24,291 nucleotides of DNA, from assembly GCA_016839515.1 (NCBI GenBank), contig JAEOUE010000184.1:1-24291 (forward strand), in the 5' to 3' direction. Numbering within the stretch: position 1 is the stretch's first letter; the number at the start of each line of letters is the position of its first letter. Source of the DNA: Candidatus Hodarchaeum mangrovi. Its GTDB lineage: Archaea > Asgardarchaeota > Heimdallarchaeia > Hodarchaeales > Hodarchaeaceae. The position numbers were made by a program, and so were the translations under genes. The notes below the pieces were generated by a model. The model was not told the DNA's origin, ran no database searches, and worked only from the letters and a program-made list of their open reading frames with translations. Below are positions 1-8,725 of the stretch, one piece after another.

Positions 1-4
1 ATAA

Positions 5-75
5 GGTTGATTCAGTAGGAGGAATGGGATTATCCCATCCCACTAATGAATCGATTCGCTCTTTAGCTTAAAGAA
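5..75. other. Structured (stem-loop) element of unknown identity at the window edge
   Basis: Imperfect hairpin 5-56 (ggttgattca pairs with tgaatcgatt using G:U; inner atggga/tcccat) plus a second hairpin tcttta-gct-taaaga at about 60-74. May continue off the window. Confidence 0.3.
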
Positions 76-180
76 TCCCCCACGGCCTAATTCTTAATTA
101 AAGTGATCTCTTAGGATGGAAAATGTCTTTTTTATGCTTTTTATATTCTCTTCAAATCTATATAACAAGTTAGTGTATAC

Positions 181-1107
181 CTATTCTCTTTCGTATGATT
201 GAGCAATTTTTGCGGCAAATAAAGCATATTCTAAGAATTCTTGGGGTTTCATTCGTTCTATTGAGTCTTTCAGTGCAATCAAAATATGGCCACTATCACT
301 CTCCGAAGAAAATGCAGATGTTGATAAGCATTTTGAGTAAAAAATAGCTGAATTTTGATATTCTCCTAGTTCATAGAGTCCATCAGCTAGAGTTTGGTAC
401 TCCTCCAAAGGATTTATCTGTTTTTCTGAAGTAAGACTATCTAAGAGATCAGCGTAATGTTTTAATGCCAATATAGCACACCTTAAACCCTCTATTACTG
501 CATGTTTTGCCAATCTATCACATATTCTAACCCGTAGATCTTTAATTAGCTCTTTATGGCTAGCATTGGTAGTAATGTTGGAAACAAGTTGTTCATTAAT
601 TCGCCAATACTGTGGTACTTCATATCCTTGAATGGGATCAGCAATATGCTGAAGGATACGCGATTTTATCCCATAATCTGATAAATCTTTGATCTCTGTT
701 TCATTTCCAATCAGTGCTTGAATCCCTAACTCACGGAATTTCGAGCTATAAAAGGTTTTAAAATAACTATAAAAGTCAAAATTATCAGGATATATTTCTT
801 TAAAGTAATTAAGCACTTTTTTCTGAAATTGAAGATAATCAGATGGAGTCATTAGTTGAAATAACTGAATCTTAGATTGGTGTGCAATAACTATTGAAAT
901 GACTTTTCCCTGTGAGCCATCAGTTTCTACTTTTAGAATGCAGGTTCCTGAAGGAAGGGAAACTGGGATATTCACTTCTTTCATAAAAACTGGTAAATTT
1001 AATTCTTTCTTTGCTATCCATGGTTCAGCTAATATGTTACTGAAAATCCAGAGTTCAGGCTGCTCAGAAATCTCAAATAAACTCTTTCTCGATCTTTTTC
1101 TAGACAA
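181..1107 (-). CDS. Hypothetical protein with C-terminal TPR-like helices
   Basis: 308-aa ORF with TTG start preceded by the SD-like aagtgat. The C-terminal YQTLADGLYELGEYQNSAIFYSKCL fits the TPR pattern. Confidence 0.7.
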   Translation of the reverse strand: MSRKRSRKSLFEISEQPELWIFSNILAEPWIAKKELNLPVFMKEVNIPVSLPSGTCILKVETDGSQGKVISIVIAHQSKIQLFQLMTPSDYLQFQKKVLNYFKEIYPDNFDFYSYFKTFYSSKFRELGIQALIGNETEIKDLSDYGIKSRILQHIADPIQGYEVPQYWRINEQLVSNITTNASHKELIKDLRVRICDRLAKHAVIEGLRCAILALKHYADLLDSLTSEKQINPLEEYQTLADGLYELGEYQNSAIFYSKCLSTSAFSSESDSGHILIALKDSIERMKPQEFLEYALFAAKIAQSYERE

Positions 1108-1415
1108 TATATCACTTTCTTATAGGTGATAACTCTATTACACCATTCTTTGTTACAGATAAATATAACAGAAATTTAAGCTGAATACTTCCAGCTAAAG
1201 TTATGAATAATCACTTTCTGAGTAAATATTATTCATTAATTATCGTATTAAATACTCTATTTAGTTCTAAAGGTATTATCAAACTTTTCCTATAGTCAGG
1301 GTTAAATTCATTAAGTATATTGATTGGATTTTGACCATATAGTCTTGTTTAAATTTACTTGATAAAACCTTCCTCTTCATGTTTTTTATTTCCCTAAAAA
1401 AGAGTAATAGAAGCA

Positions 1416-3347
1416 TTAACGACGGACTTGTACAGCTATTCCTCTTTCAAAATCTAGCATTTCTTGAGCAGATAAGACACTGGTACCAAAATTCAAAAAT
1501 ACATCATTTTGGTCAACAATTAACACTTCTTCACCAGGTCGTATCATTGGATCTGCATCAGTGACAAACTTAGCTAACATATCTTTGTTATTAAGTATAA
1601 ATGGAATTGATTCCTCTGCAGCTATGACACGTCGATTTGGGTATTTAATATGATTATGCAATCGCTTGGCAAAGGACAAAGAGGGAATAATTGAAAAATC
1701 TTGTGCCCTAAAGGTTCCTAATAGGCCTTCTTTATCAGAAAATCGTCTTAAAATTCCTGTTTTCCGTGATCGTTCAATATTCAATGTTTGTTTATCAATT
1801 AATTTATGAGTCCCCACTCCAAAATGATAATCTAAAATTGCACATACACTATTGAAGTCTTGAGCTTTTTTTTGTTTTTTTCCATCAAAAATCTGATAAG
1901 AATCAAATTCATCGAGTTTTAAATTAACTGATGGATGAATGTAAATTTCCTGAAATCTATTTCTATATTCTTTTAAAAAACTCTTAATGAATTGAATAAT
2001 TTCAGTTGAGAAAGCTAATGGGACACGTTCGTGTTGGACTAATGGATAAACACCCTTAAGTTCATCAGGAATTATTCCAAATATGGGAGATAGACGAATA
2101 ACTTGGTAAGATTCTGAGGATGGTAGATTCTGAAAATCCTGTCCAATTAAAAGAATTGGACTCCAAACATAAAACCGTTCCAATATACGATCCTGATATC
2201 GAAGTAATAAAGGTTGGTTTACTAATGAGGGGTGGGTTATGAGCAAAGCTCGTGATTTAGAAGTTGGCTCATATGGTTCTATAAATTTAGAAGTTTCTGG
2301 CGATAATAAGATGTCAATTAACTTAGTTAATGAAGGATGGTTCATTGCACGAGAAATTACCAGCTCATACATTCTACCCTCTAATATTGCTTGTCTAATT
2401 CGCCGAATCTCTTCAAAACTTACGTTTAAATTGTGTTTAGCTAAATGAATGGTTCTTTCTTCTTGGTTCATGTCCTTTATTTCATTGACTGTATAGGATT
2501 GACAAACCATACATGAACAAGGAAAGTATTGTAGACTTTCGAGATAACTAGTACCAAAAACAGTTATATAACGGTTTTTTTGAGCATACAAAATGTAGGC
2601 TGCAGAATCAAACATGTCTACTCCTAAGAAGGCAGCAATAGCAAAAATCATGGGATGACCTGCTCCGAAGAGATGTATTGGCCTATTGAAAGGTAAATTT
2701 CTTTTAGCTGTAAGAACCATCTTGAAAACGCTTTCAAAATCATAACGTTCCATTAATGGGACAACAGATCCAATTGGATGTATAGAAAAATTCATTTCAC
2801 GCATTTTCAAACAGGATTTTTCAATTAAATCAGGATAAGCGCCTCCCTGAATAGGCCCAGCCCAAAGGGTTGAACTTTGTTGATCGCGATTTTGGATATG
2901 TTCTTCAGCTCTTTTAAGAGTGATATTCAAAGCCTCAAGATATTCATCATGAGTTCCACCTTTCGTTGGAGAATCAAGAAAAACTCCTATATCACTTCCT
3001 ATCTGTTCTTGAAACTTTGTTACATCTATATTTGTAATATCCACTTCCCCATATTCCATTAATTGAAATGCTCCCGAATCAGTCATTAAAGGTCCAGAAT
3101 ATCCTATATATTCATGTAAACCATGTTTTAAAACTTTTTGACGGTTTTCAATGTCACGATAGAGGAGATAGGCATTTGTAATAAAGGCTTCAGCTCCAGT
3201 TTTAACCAGCTCTGAAGGATTGATTAATTGACGGTTAGGATTCAAGACAGGCAACAAACATGGAGTTATTATTTTCCCATGAGGAGTATTAAGGGTACCG
3301 ATTCGTGCAAGACCGTCTTTTTTACGAATTGAGAACACATTATTCAC
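1416..3347 (-). CDS. tgtA: Archaeosine tRNA-guanine(15) transglycosylase with C-terminal PUA domain
   Basis: N-terminal DGLARIG...TPHG..TP; catalytic DSGAFQ; PIHLFGAGHP; GVDMFDSAAY; Zn site CSCMVC...H; PUA-like C-terminus (KFVTDADPMIRPGEEVLIVD...RGIAVQVR). Confidence 0.95.
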   Translation of the reverse strand: MNNVFSIRKKDGLARIGTLNTPHGKIITPCLLPVLNPNRQLINPSELVKTGAEAFITNAYLLYRDIENRQKVLKHGLHEYIGYSGPLMTDSGAFQLMEYGEVDITNIDVTKFQEQIGSDIGVFLDSPTKGGTHDEYLEALNITLKRAEEHIQNRDQQSSTLWAGPIQGGAYPDLIEKSCLKMREMNFSIHPIGSVVPLMERYDFESVFKMVLTAKRNLPFNRPIHLFGAGHPMIFAIAAFLGVDMFDSAAYILYAQKNRYITVFGTSYLESLQYFPCSCMVCQSYTVNEIKDMNQEERTIHLAKHNLNVSFEEIRRIRQAILEGRMYELVISRAMNHPSLTKLIDILLSPETSKFIEPYEPTSKSRALLITHPSLVNQPLLLRYQDRILERFYVWSPILLIGQDFQNLPSSESYQVIRLSPIFGIIPDELKGVYPLVQHERVPLAFSTEIIQFIKSFLKEYRNRFQEIYIHPSVNLKLDEFDSYQIFDGKKQKKAQDFNSVCAILDYHFGVGTHKLIDKQTLNIERSRKTGILRRFSDKEGLLGTFRAQDFSIIPSLSFAKRLHNHIKYPNRRVIAAEESIPFILNNKDMLAKFVTDADPMIRPGEEVLIVDQNDVFLNFGTSVLSAQEMLDFERGIAVQVRR

Positions 3348-3562
3348 ACATGATTAATATTTTTCTGGTTATAAAGAAAAAAAATTCCCATGGAATTAAT
3401 AATTACATTAGAAAGGCTTTTAATATTAATTCTAAGGTTTTATGCTTAATTCATAAGGTCATCCTTTGAAAATAATACGATGAAGGAAAGAAAATAAATT
3501 AGCACGAAAAATATTGTCGATTGATTCTTTAATCATAAAAATTCAAAAAAGTTGATTTTGAA

Positions 3563-3979
3563 ATGTCAATTAAAGAGATTATAGCACTAAATGAGCCTTT
3601 TATTTACTCAGAACTTTTGAAAAGAGGTATCTCAATGAATACCAATACTCTTGAAACACTTGTAGATCAAGGTACTCTTCAAAGGAAAAAAATTGGTAGA
3701 ATGAATATTTACTGGAAAAAAGAGCCTACAATTGAAAATTATCCTAGAGGATTAGAGTCTCATATAAAGCAGTTAGAATTGGAAAATCGTGAATTAAAAC
3801 ATGAATTACAGGCTGAGAGAGAAAAAGTAAGAAAACTTTCTATCCAAGATGGCATTGATGAACCATGGAAAGAAGCTGCGATGGCAATGGCTCGAATCTT
3901 AAGTGAACAGAAACAAGTCTCCCTGAAAGAAGTCCTTGAATATTTTAATGCTCCAGTTGAATCAGATATTGACTTTTAA
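3563..3979 (+). CDS. Winged-helix + leucine-zipper protein, Hop2/Mnd1/Swi5-like
   Basis: wHTH recognition helix and wing TLETLVDQGTLQRKKIGRMNIYW; heptad coiled coil at aa 64-92; C-terminal WKEAAMAMARILSEQKQVSLKEVLEYFNAP. The CDS is secure; the family call is by eye. Confidence 0.6.
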   Translation: MSIKEIIALNEPFIYSELLKRGISMNTNTLETLVDQGTLQRKKIGRMNIYWKKEPTIENYPRGLESHIKQLELENRELKHELQAEREKVRKLSIQDGIDEPWKEAAMAMARILSEQKQVSLKEVLEYFNAPVESDIDF

Positions 3980-3983
3980 TTTA

Positions 3984-4886
3984 TTACTTTTGAACAATTT
4001 CACGATCTTTTTCTTTCGGAACAGATGTTAATCCTGAAGGTTCATTTACTACCACAGAGGCCTTTTCACTCTCACTGACTAGTTCTATAGCTTCTAAAAC
4101 TGTTTTAAACACTAAATGTAAGTCTTTAACTTTTATCTCGTGTTCTTCTTCAACAAATTCATCTGGAAGTTGAATTTCAGCCCAAATTTCCGAAGTGGAA
4201 AACCCTGTGAAAAAAGGAGATATCTGAAGAGTTGATTCAACGATTTCTGGTTTCTTCAAACTTAGATTTTCAAATCGCAATTCAATATTGTCTCTATCGA
4301 TGTCTATTATTATTTCCAAACCATAAGCTTCTGCTAATGCCTCACAAATTGAACGAAACATTTTTATACTATGAATACTGGTTTCTTGAGCATTTACCAG
4401 ACATAAATCTAATTTAGGCCAAAGTAGGAAGAGCTGATCTCGAATCAGGTGAGTATCAATTAATTGATCACTTCCCATTGGTAAAACTTCCCTTCCTTTG
4501 ATCAGTGTTCGTTTTAAGAAATCAGATGCAGTTTGACGAGTAGTTGAGTGCTTATCTTGAATTATTTTCCAATAATCATCAATATAGATGTAAACATCAG
4601 GACTTAAAGGTTCATTTTCTTGGAAGGATCGCATTAAACCTTTGGTACGCTGAGAATAGCAAAAAAGGGGCATATTCTTTTTTGTTTCACGAGAAAGTAA
4701 TAGGACATCTAAATAACGGCGTTCAGTACATTTGGGACGAAGCATATTCACTACTTTATTATTTTGACACTTATTAAGGCAAAATTCTCTGCGATCCCGA
4801 ATCATTTCACTCCAGAGTGTTATACCTGAGACAAGATTCAGTGTAGCCATCGCTGCTTTAGGTGCTTCTCTTTCAGTCCACTTCAT
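3984..4886 (-). CDS. Hypothetical protein with N-terminal Cys cluster
   Basis: 300-aa ORF with ATG start, ending 4 nt from the convergent gene. Cys at about aa 36, 40, 53 and 76. No family recognised. Confidence 0.7.
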   Translation of the reverse strand: MKWTEREAPKAAMATLNLVSGITLWSEMIRDRREFCLNKCQNNKVVNMLRPKCTERRYLDVLLLSRETKKNMPLFCYSQRTKGLMRSFQENEPLSPDVYIYIDDYWKIIQDKHSTTRQTASDFLKRTLIKGREVLPMGSDQLIDTHLIRDQLFLLWPKLDLCLVNAQETSIHSIKMFRSICEALAEAYGLEIIIDIDRDNIELRFENLSLKKPEIVESTLQISPFFTGFSTSEIWAEIQLPDEFVEEEHEIKVKDLHLVFKTVLEAIELVSESEKASVVVNEPSGLTSVPKEKDREIVQK

Positions 4887-5257
4887 TTACCAAACCGCTT
4901 TTTCAACATCCAATAAATAATAAACAATGAATCTCATAAAAATCTTACCAAATTTCGTGTCCTAAGAAACAGAAATTCTAGAGGGATAGGAAAATCGGCA
5001 TTATTACTTTTTCAGCTTTTCATGGTTAACCTATTAATCATTTAACAATTCAGTTATTGAAATAATAACAAACTAAAGCTGTTTACTCCTTTTTTGGTAT
5101 CAAAGAGAGATCTAGGTTAAAATTCTAATTCTGAGATTTAAACTCCATCTGAACTCTGGAAGAGGATATTGAAGGGTATTCCTCATTATTTTAGATTTTG
5201 AGGATATCATTCAAATGACGAATAAATAGGAGATGAACTGCATTAAAGAAAAATATA

Positions 5258-5281
5258 TCAAAGTATATTAATATACATTGA
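5258..5281. promoter_or_regulatory. 24-bp near-perfect palindrome, candidate operator
   Basis: tcaaagtatattaatatacattga, with a perfect 14-bp core gtatattaatatac (5263-5276), in a divergent intergenic region upstream of an HTH gene. Confidence 0.45.
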
Positions 5282-5404
5282 GGTACGACTATTTATTTTG
5301 AATTTAATACGTTTTTTTTGGTTTTTATTCTTTTTTATCAACAAAAACCGCAAGGTATAAGTATATTTTTTAATTGAAATATCATTCGTTTATCACGAAA
5401 TTTT

Positions 5405-6031
5405 TTGGAGGTCAAAGCTATTCCACGAGGAGACAAGTACCAAACGGACCCGAAGATGTTAGAAATTCTCCTCAGTGCCCATAGACCTCTTTCAGTCACA
5501 GAAATAGGAAAACTCAGTAATTTAGGACGTAACAGAGCAAGAGGTTTTGCGGATCGTATTATTTTAGGTAAAGCGGGTATACCCACTCCTCCAGGTGTGA
5601 AGGTTGTGGATATTCTCATGTCCCGTCTTAATTCTACACACCATTATCGGTTTATAGGTATAAAGAATGAGAATTATTGGGAAAACTGGTTAGAATCTGC
5701 TTATAAAGAGGGGTATAGAATTTCTCGTGATCATTTTGGGATTTTCCCAAATCATGAAATTGATCCAGAAATCCTCACTACAATTCGGAAAAACCTCCCC
5801 CGTATCTCAATCGAATCCAAATCTCGTAATCTTTCTTCTTCCCAATTCTTGAAGGAGATGTTTGATTATATTCTTCACCCAAATTTTGAGAAGGGAAGAT
5901 CGCTTTTGAATATCATTGCATCTGCAGCGCAAAATCCTGATAATTTAGAAGAGAGAAAAATTGCAATTTCATTTCTATCTAGGGCAGGATTTTTTGAAAA
6001 GAAATCTGGATCTATAAAGGAGGGTACATAA
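5405..6031 (+). CDS. Putative HTH-domain DNA-binding protein (start uncertain)
   Basis: N-terminal MLEILLSAHRPLSVTEIGKLSNLGRNRARGFADRI resembles a wHTH. Its stop codon abuts the next start at 6032. Confidence 0.6.
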   Translation: MEVKAIPRGDKYQTDPKMLEILLSAHRPLSVTEIGKLSNLGRNRARGFADRIILGKAGIPTPPGVKVVDILMSRLNSTHHYRFIGIKNENYWENWLESAYKEGYRISRDHFGIFPNHEIDPEILTTIRKNLPRISIESKSRNLSSSQFLKEMFDYILHPNFEKGRSLLNIIASAAQNPDNLEERKIAISFLSRAGFFEKKSGSIKEGT

Positions 6032-7102
6032 TTGTCTGAGGAAAAGAAATTTCTTACATCTGTTTTAGAGACAATTGATATTCTAGAGGATGGAAATGAA
6101 ACTATTTTAGATACTCTGAGTAAGATTTCACCTAATCTTGAAGCTGATAATGAATTTGTTCAATATTCTAAAAATAAATCTGAAACATCTTTTATGAGTT
6201 TAAGTGATGATATTTTAGATCAATTCAAAAACATAGACTTCGATTTATCTGAAATTCGAGAACAAAGACCAGATTTTCAACCTCCAAAAGGTCATTTAAC
6301 AAGTTTTGATCTAAATAATAGTGATATTCTTTCACAGCTTGGTTCATTAATCCGACCTTGTCATATTTGTGGAAATGGTGTTTTTAAAGATGAACTTATT
6401 AATGGAATTTGCTTTGAATGTCATAATAAAAAGGAACTCATAGAAGATAAAGTACATCTTATTGATTCTGTGTCTGATGAAAAATTAGCACCTCTCTTAT
6501 TGCGAATTGATGAACTTGAGAATGAGGTAAAAGATCTTCAATCAAGACTCAGTCAAGCAGCTCTAGGATCGTTGGGTAGACCCTCGTCTCCTCCTATTCC
6601 AATATATGCAAATACTCCTCCTCCCCCACCTCCTTCTTTAATTCCCTTAATTAACAACGAAACAGCGGATCCAACAGCATTAGATTTCTCTACCATGACT
6701 TTGCAAGAATTGAAAGAGATATCCTTAGATGTCTTACAACATTTTTCCATCTCTCAACGTAATCTATATAATAATCGCTTAAAAGAATTACAAAACATTG
6801 CACGAATGAGTCCAGAACAGCGCGAAGCTTATTATTTGGAAATGGAACTGGAGAAAAAACGACGTTCTACCCTTGAAGATTTTAAGAATACTATAAAGAA
6901 CTTGGAAGAATTAGGAAATCCACTTTTCCTGAAAATGAAAGAAAGAGCAGAAAGTTCAGTTATTTCTGGTCAAGGAACCTTTGGTAATTTTAATATTAAA
7001 AAAATATTTACCGCATGTTTTTCGTGTGGAGCTACAAATGAGATTCTTGAAGAAGAATCATCAGTCTGTCAAAACTGTAATACACCATTGAGTCTTCGAT
7101 GA
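6032..7102 (+). CDS. Multidomain protein: acidic N-terminus, Zn finger, coiled coil, polyproline, helical region, C-terminal Zn ribbon
   Basis: TTG start after SD aaggaggg; CHIC...CFEC; LLLRIDELENEVKDLQSRL; PSSPPIP...TPPPPPPS; CFSC...CQNC. Confidence 0.75.
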   Translation: MSEEKKFLTSVLETIDILEDGNETILDTLSKISPNLEADNEFVQYSKNKSETSFMSLSDDILDQFKNIDFDLSEIREQRPDFQPPKGHLTSFDLNNSDILSQLGSLIRPCHICGNGVFKDELINGICFECHNKKELIEDKVHLIDSVSDEKLAPLLLRIDELENEVKDLQSRLSQAALGSLGRPSSPPIPIYANTPPPPPPSLIPLINNETADPTALDFSTMTLQELKEISLDVLQHFSISQRNLYNNRLKELQNIARMSPEQREAYYLEMELEKKRRSTLEDFKNTIKNLEELGNPLFLKMKERAESSVISGQGTFGNFNIKKIFTACFSCGATNEILEEESSVCQNCNTPLSLR

Positions 7103-7202
7103 GATTTATGCTAATTTTTTATCACAACTAGTGTACAAAAGAAAATTATTTTTAACTCATATTTGAATTTATGATCCTATCGTTTCAAAAGAGGTATATA
7201 AT

Positions 7203-7778
7203 ATGGTAGTTCTGGAAAATTATTCAGAAAAAAGAGAATTTAAAGGGATAACTGTTTTAGTACGCTCAGCACGGATGCAGGATAAAAAATTGGTTTGGGA
7301 AGGATATAAAAATGCACCAGAAGAATTCTATCAATATATTCCTCCTGTGACCGAAGCTCTTGTTGATCAATGGTATCCAAAGGATAAAGGATTGGATTTT
7401 ACAAGTGTACTACCTCTGAACGCTTTAAAAGTTAATGTTTTTGGATCTGTTTCTGCATTTATTGGAAATGTCTCTTTAGTCTTTGAACAGATGGTTAGAA
7501 TGGCTCATGTAGCGATGATGGGACTAGCTGTCTTGCCTCCATATCAAAATATTGGGATAGGCACTTTTTTGATACAACAAGCAGTTAAGATAGCTAGTTC
7601 AATACCAAATTTAAAGAAATTAGAACTTCAAGTATGCGCCAAGAATATCGTTGCACGTCATGTTTATTCTAAGTGTGGTTTTAATGATGAGGGTGTTCAT
7701 AAAAAACGTTGGCTTTATCCGAATGGCGAATTTGATGATCTAATTTCAATGGGACTGATTCTTCCAAATGATAAATGA
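7203..7778 (+). CDS. GNAT family N-acetyltransferase
   Basis: Acetyl-CoA motif GLAVLPPYQNIGIGTFL; LELQVCAKNIVARHVYSKCGF..EG; SD gaggt upstream. Confidence 0.9.
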   Translation: MVVLENYSEKREFKGITVLVRSARMQDKKLVWEGYKNAPEEFYQYIPPVTEALVDQWYPKDKGLDFTSVLPLNALKVNVFGSVSAFIGNVSLVFEQMVRMAHVAMMGLAVLPPYQNIGIGTFLIQQAVKIASSIPNLKKLELQVCAKNIVARHVYSKCGFNDEGVHKKRWLYPNGEFDDLISMGLILPNDK

Positions 7779-7822
7779 AATAATCTAGCCTGATTCTTTA
7801 TTTCTAGAGAAGAAGAAGAAAA

Positions 7823-8548
7823 TCATTGGGGTCGAAAAATTTGATCAGGAGGGGTAGTTTCTATAACTTTACTACTAGAAAGATTCCAAGATTCAATCGT
7901 CCCCCCCCAGATCGGTTTAATTTCTACCCTAGGTCGTAAATACACATGAACCCAATCATACGGAGGAATCATGACATGCCAAGAGAGTTCTAACTCCCAC
8001 ATTTCACTTTTAAACAAATAATGTTCAACAATAAGTAAACCAGCATCATTACATGATAATTCCCAAAGAGTGGTAGCATTAATGTTGAAATGAGTTTTAT
8101 TTTGTGCAAAATAGTTGATAAAAGGAGCTAGTTTCTCATAAGCTTGTGTTTGCTCAGAATCACCCCAATCCCAAACATTTAGAATTGCAATATCAGATAT
8201 TTTACCAACAGTGACTTTTAATTGAATAGTTTGACCGATATGAGATTGGTTAGGAAAAAGAAAAACTTCAAACACTGAAGGAGTTGTTTGAGTCCAGATT
8301 TTAGATTCAAGTTCAATTGAAACATTCGTTGAAATGAAAATCTCTGGAATTTTTTGTGGTAAATTACTTGATATATTTACCACAAACCACGCAAAATTTT
8401 CAGGACAGGAATTAATGCTCTTTGTCACTATTTCAACACTGATGGAGTCAGTATTAGTATTATTCATCAATATATAACCAATCAAAAAACTACTGACAAA
8501 AATAAATCCTACAATAATGATTCCTATCTGTACAATGGTTTTTGACAA
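7823..8548 (-). CDS. Membrane-anchored or secreted hypothetical protein
   Basis: N-terminal hydrophobic helix (IGIIIVGFIFVSSFLIGYIL), followed by a beta-rich segment and a Trp-rich C-terminal domain (WHVMIPPYDW). Confidence 0.7.
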   Translation of the reverse strand: MSKTIVQIGIIIVGFIFVSSFLIGYILMNNTNTDSISVEIVTKSINSCPENFAWFVVNISSNLPQKIPEIFISTNVSIELESKIWTQTTPSVFEVFLFPNQSHIGQTIQLKVTVGKISDIAILNVWDWGDSEQTQAYEKLAPFINYFAQNKTHFNINATTLWELSCNDAGLLIVEHYLFKSEMWELELSWHVMIPPYDWVHVYLRPRVEIKPIWGGTIESWNLSSSKVIETTPPDQIFRPQ

Positions 8549-8725
8549 GAAATAATAACCTTCTAGAGAAATTTGATTGTGAAGCTATTTATGAATTCAG
8601 AGATTAAAAATTATCATTAAGTGCAAACAGATGCAACATAATTCTCAATTGAAGATTATTACTTTAGAATATGGAATGAGATCCTTTTTCTCAGTAAGAA
8701 ACATGATTTAAACCATCACACTATC

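Noticed and set aside
1-90. tRNA, SRP RNA or RNase P RNA at the window start
   Set aside because: No cloverleaf/T-loop, SRP helix-8 motif or RNase P GAGGAA/AACAGAA core is visible within the window.
5256-5283. The palindrome as an Xer dif site
   Set aside because: It lacks the conserved ATAA-N6-TTAT core of dif sites.
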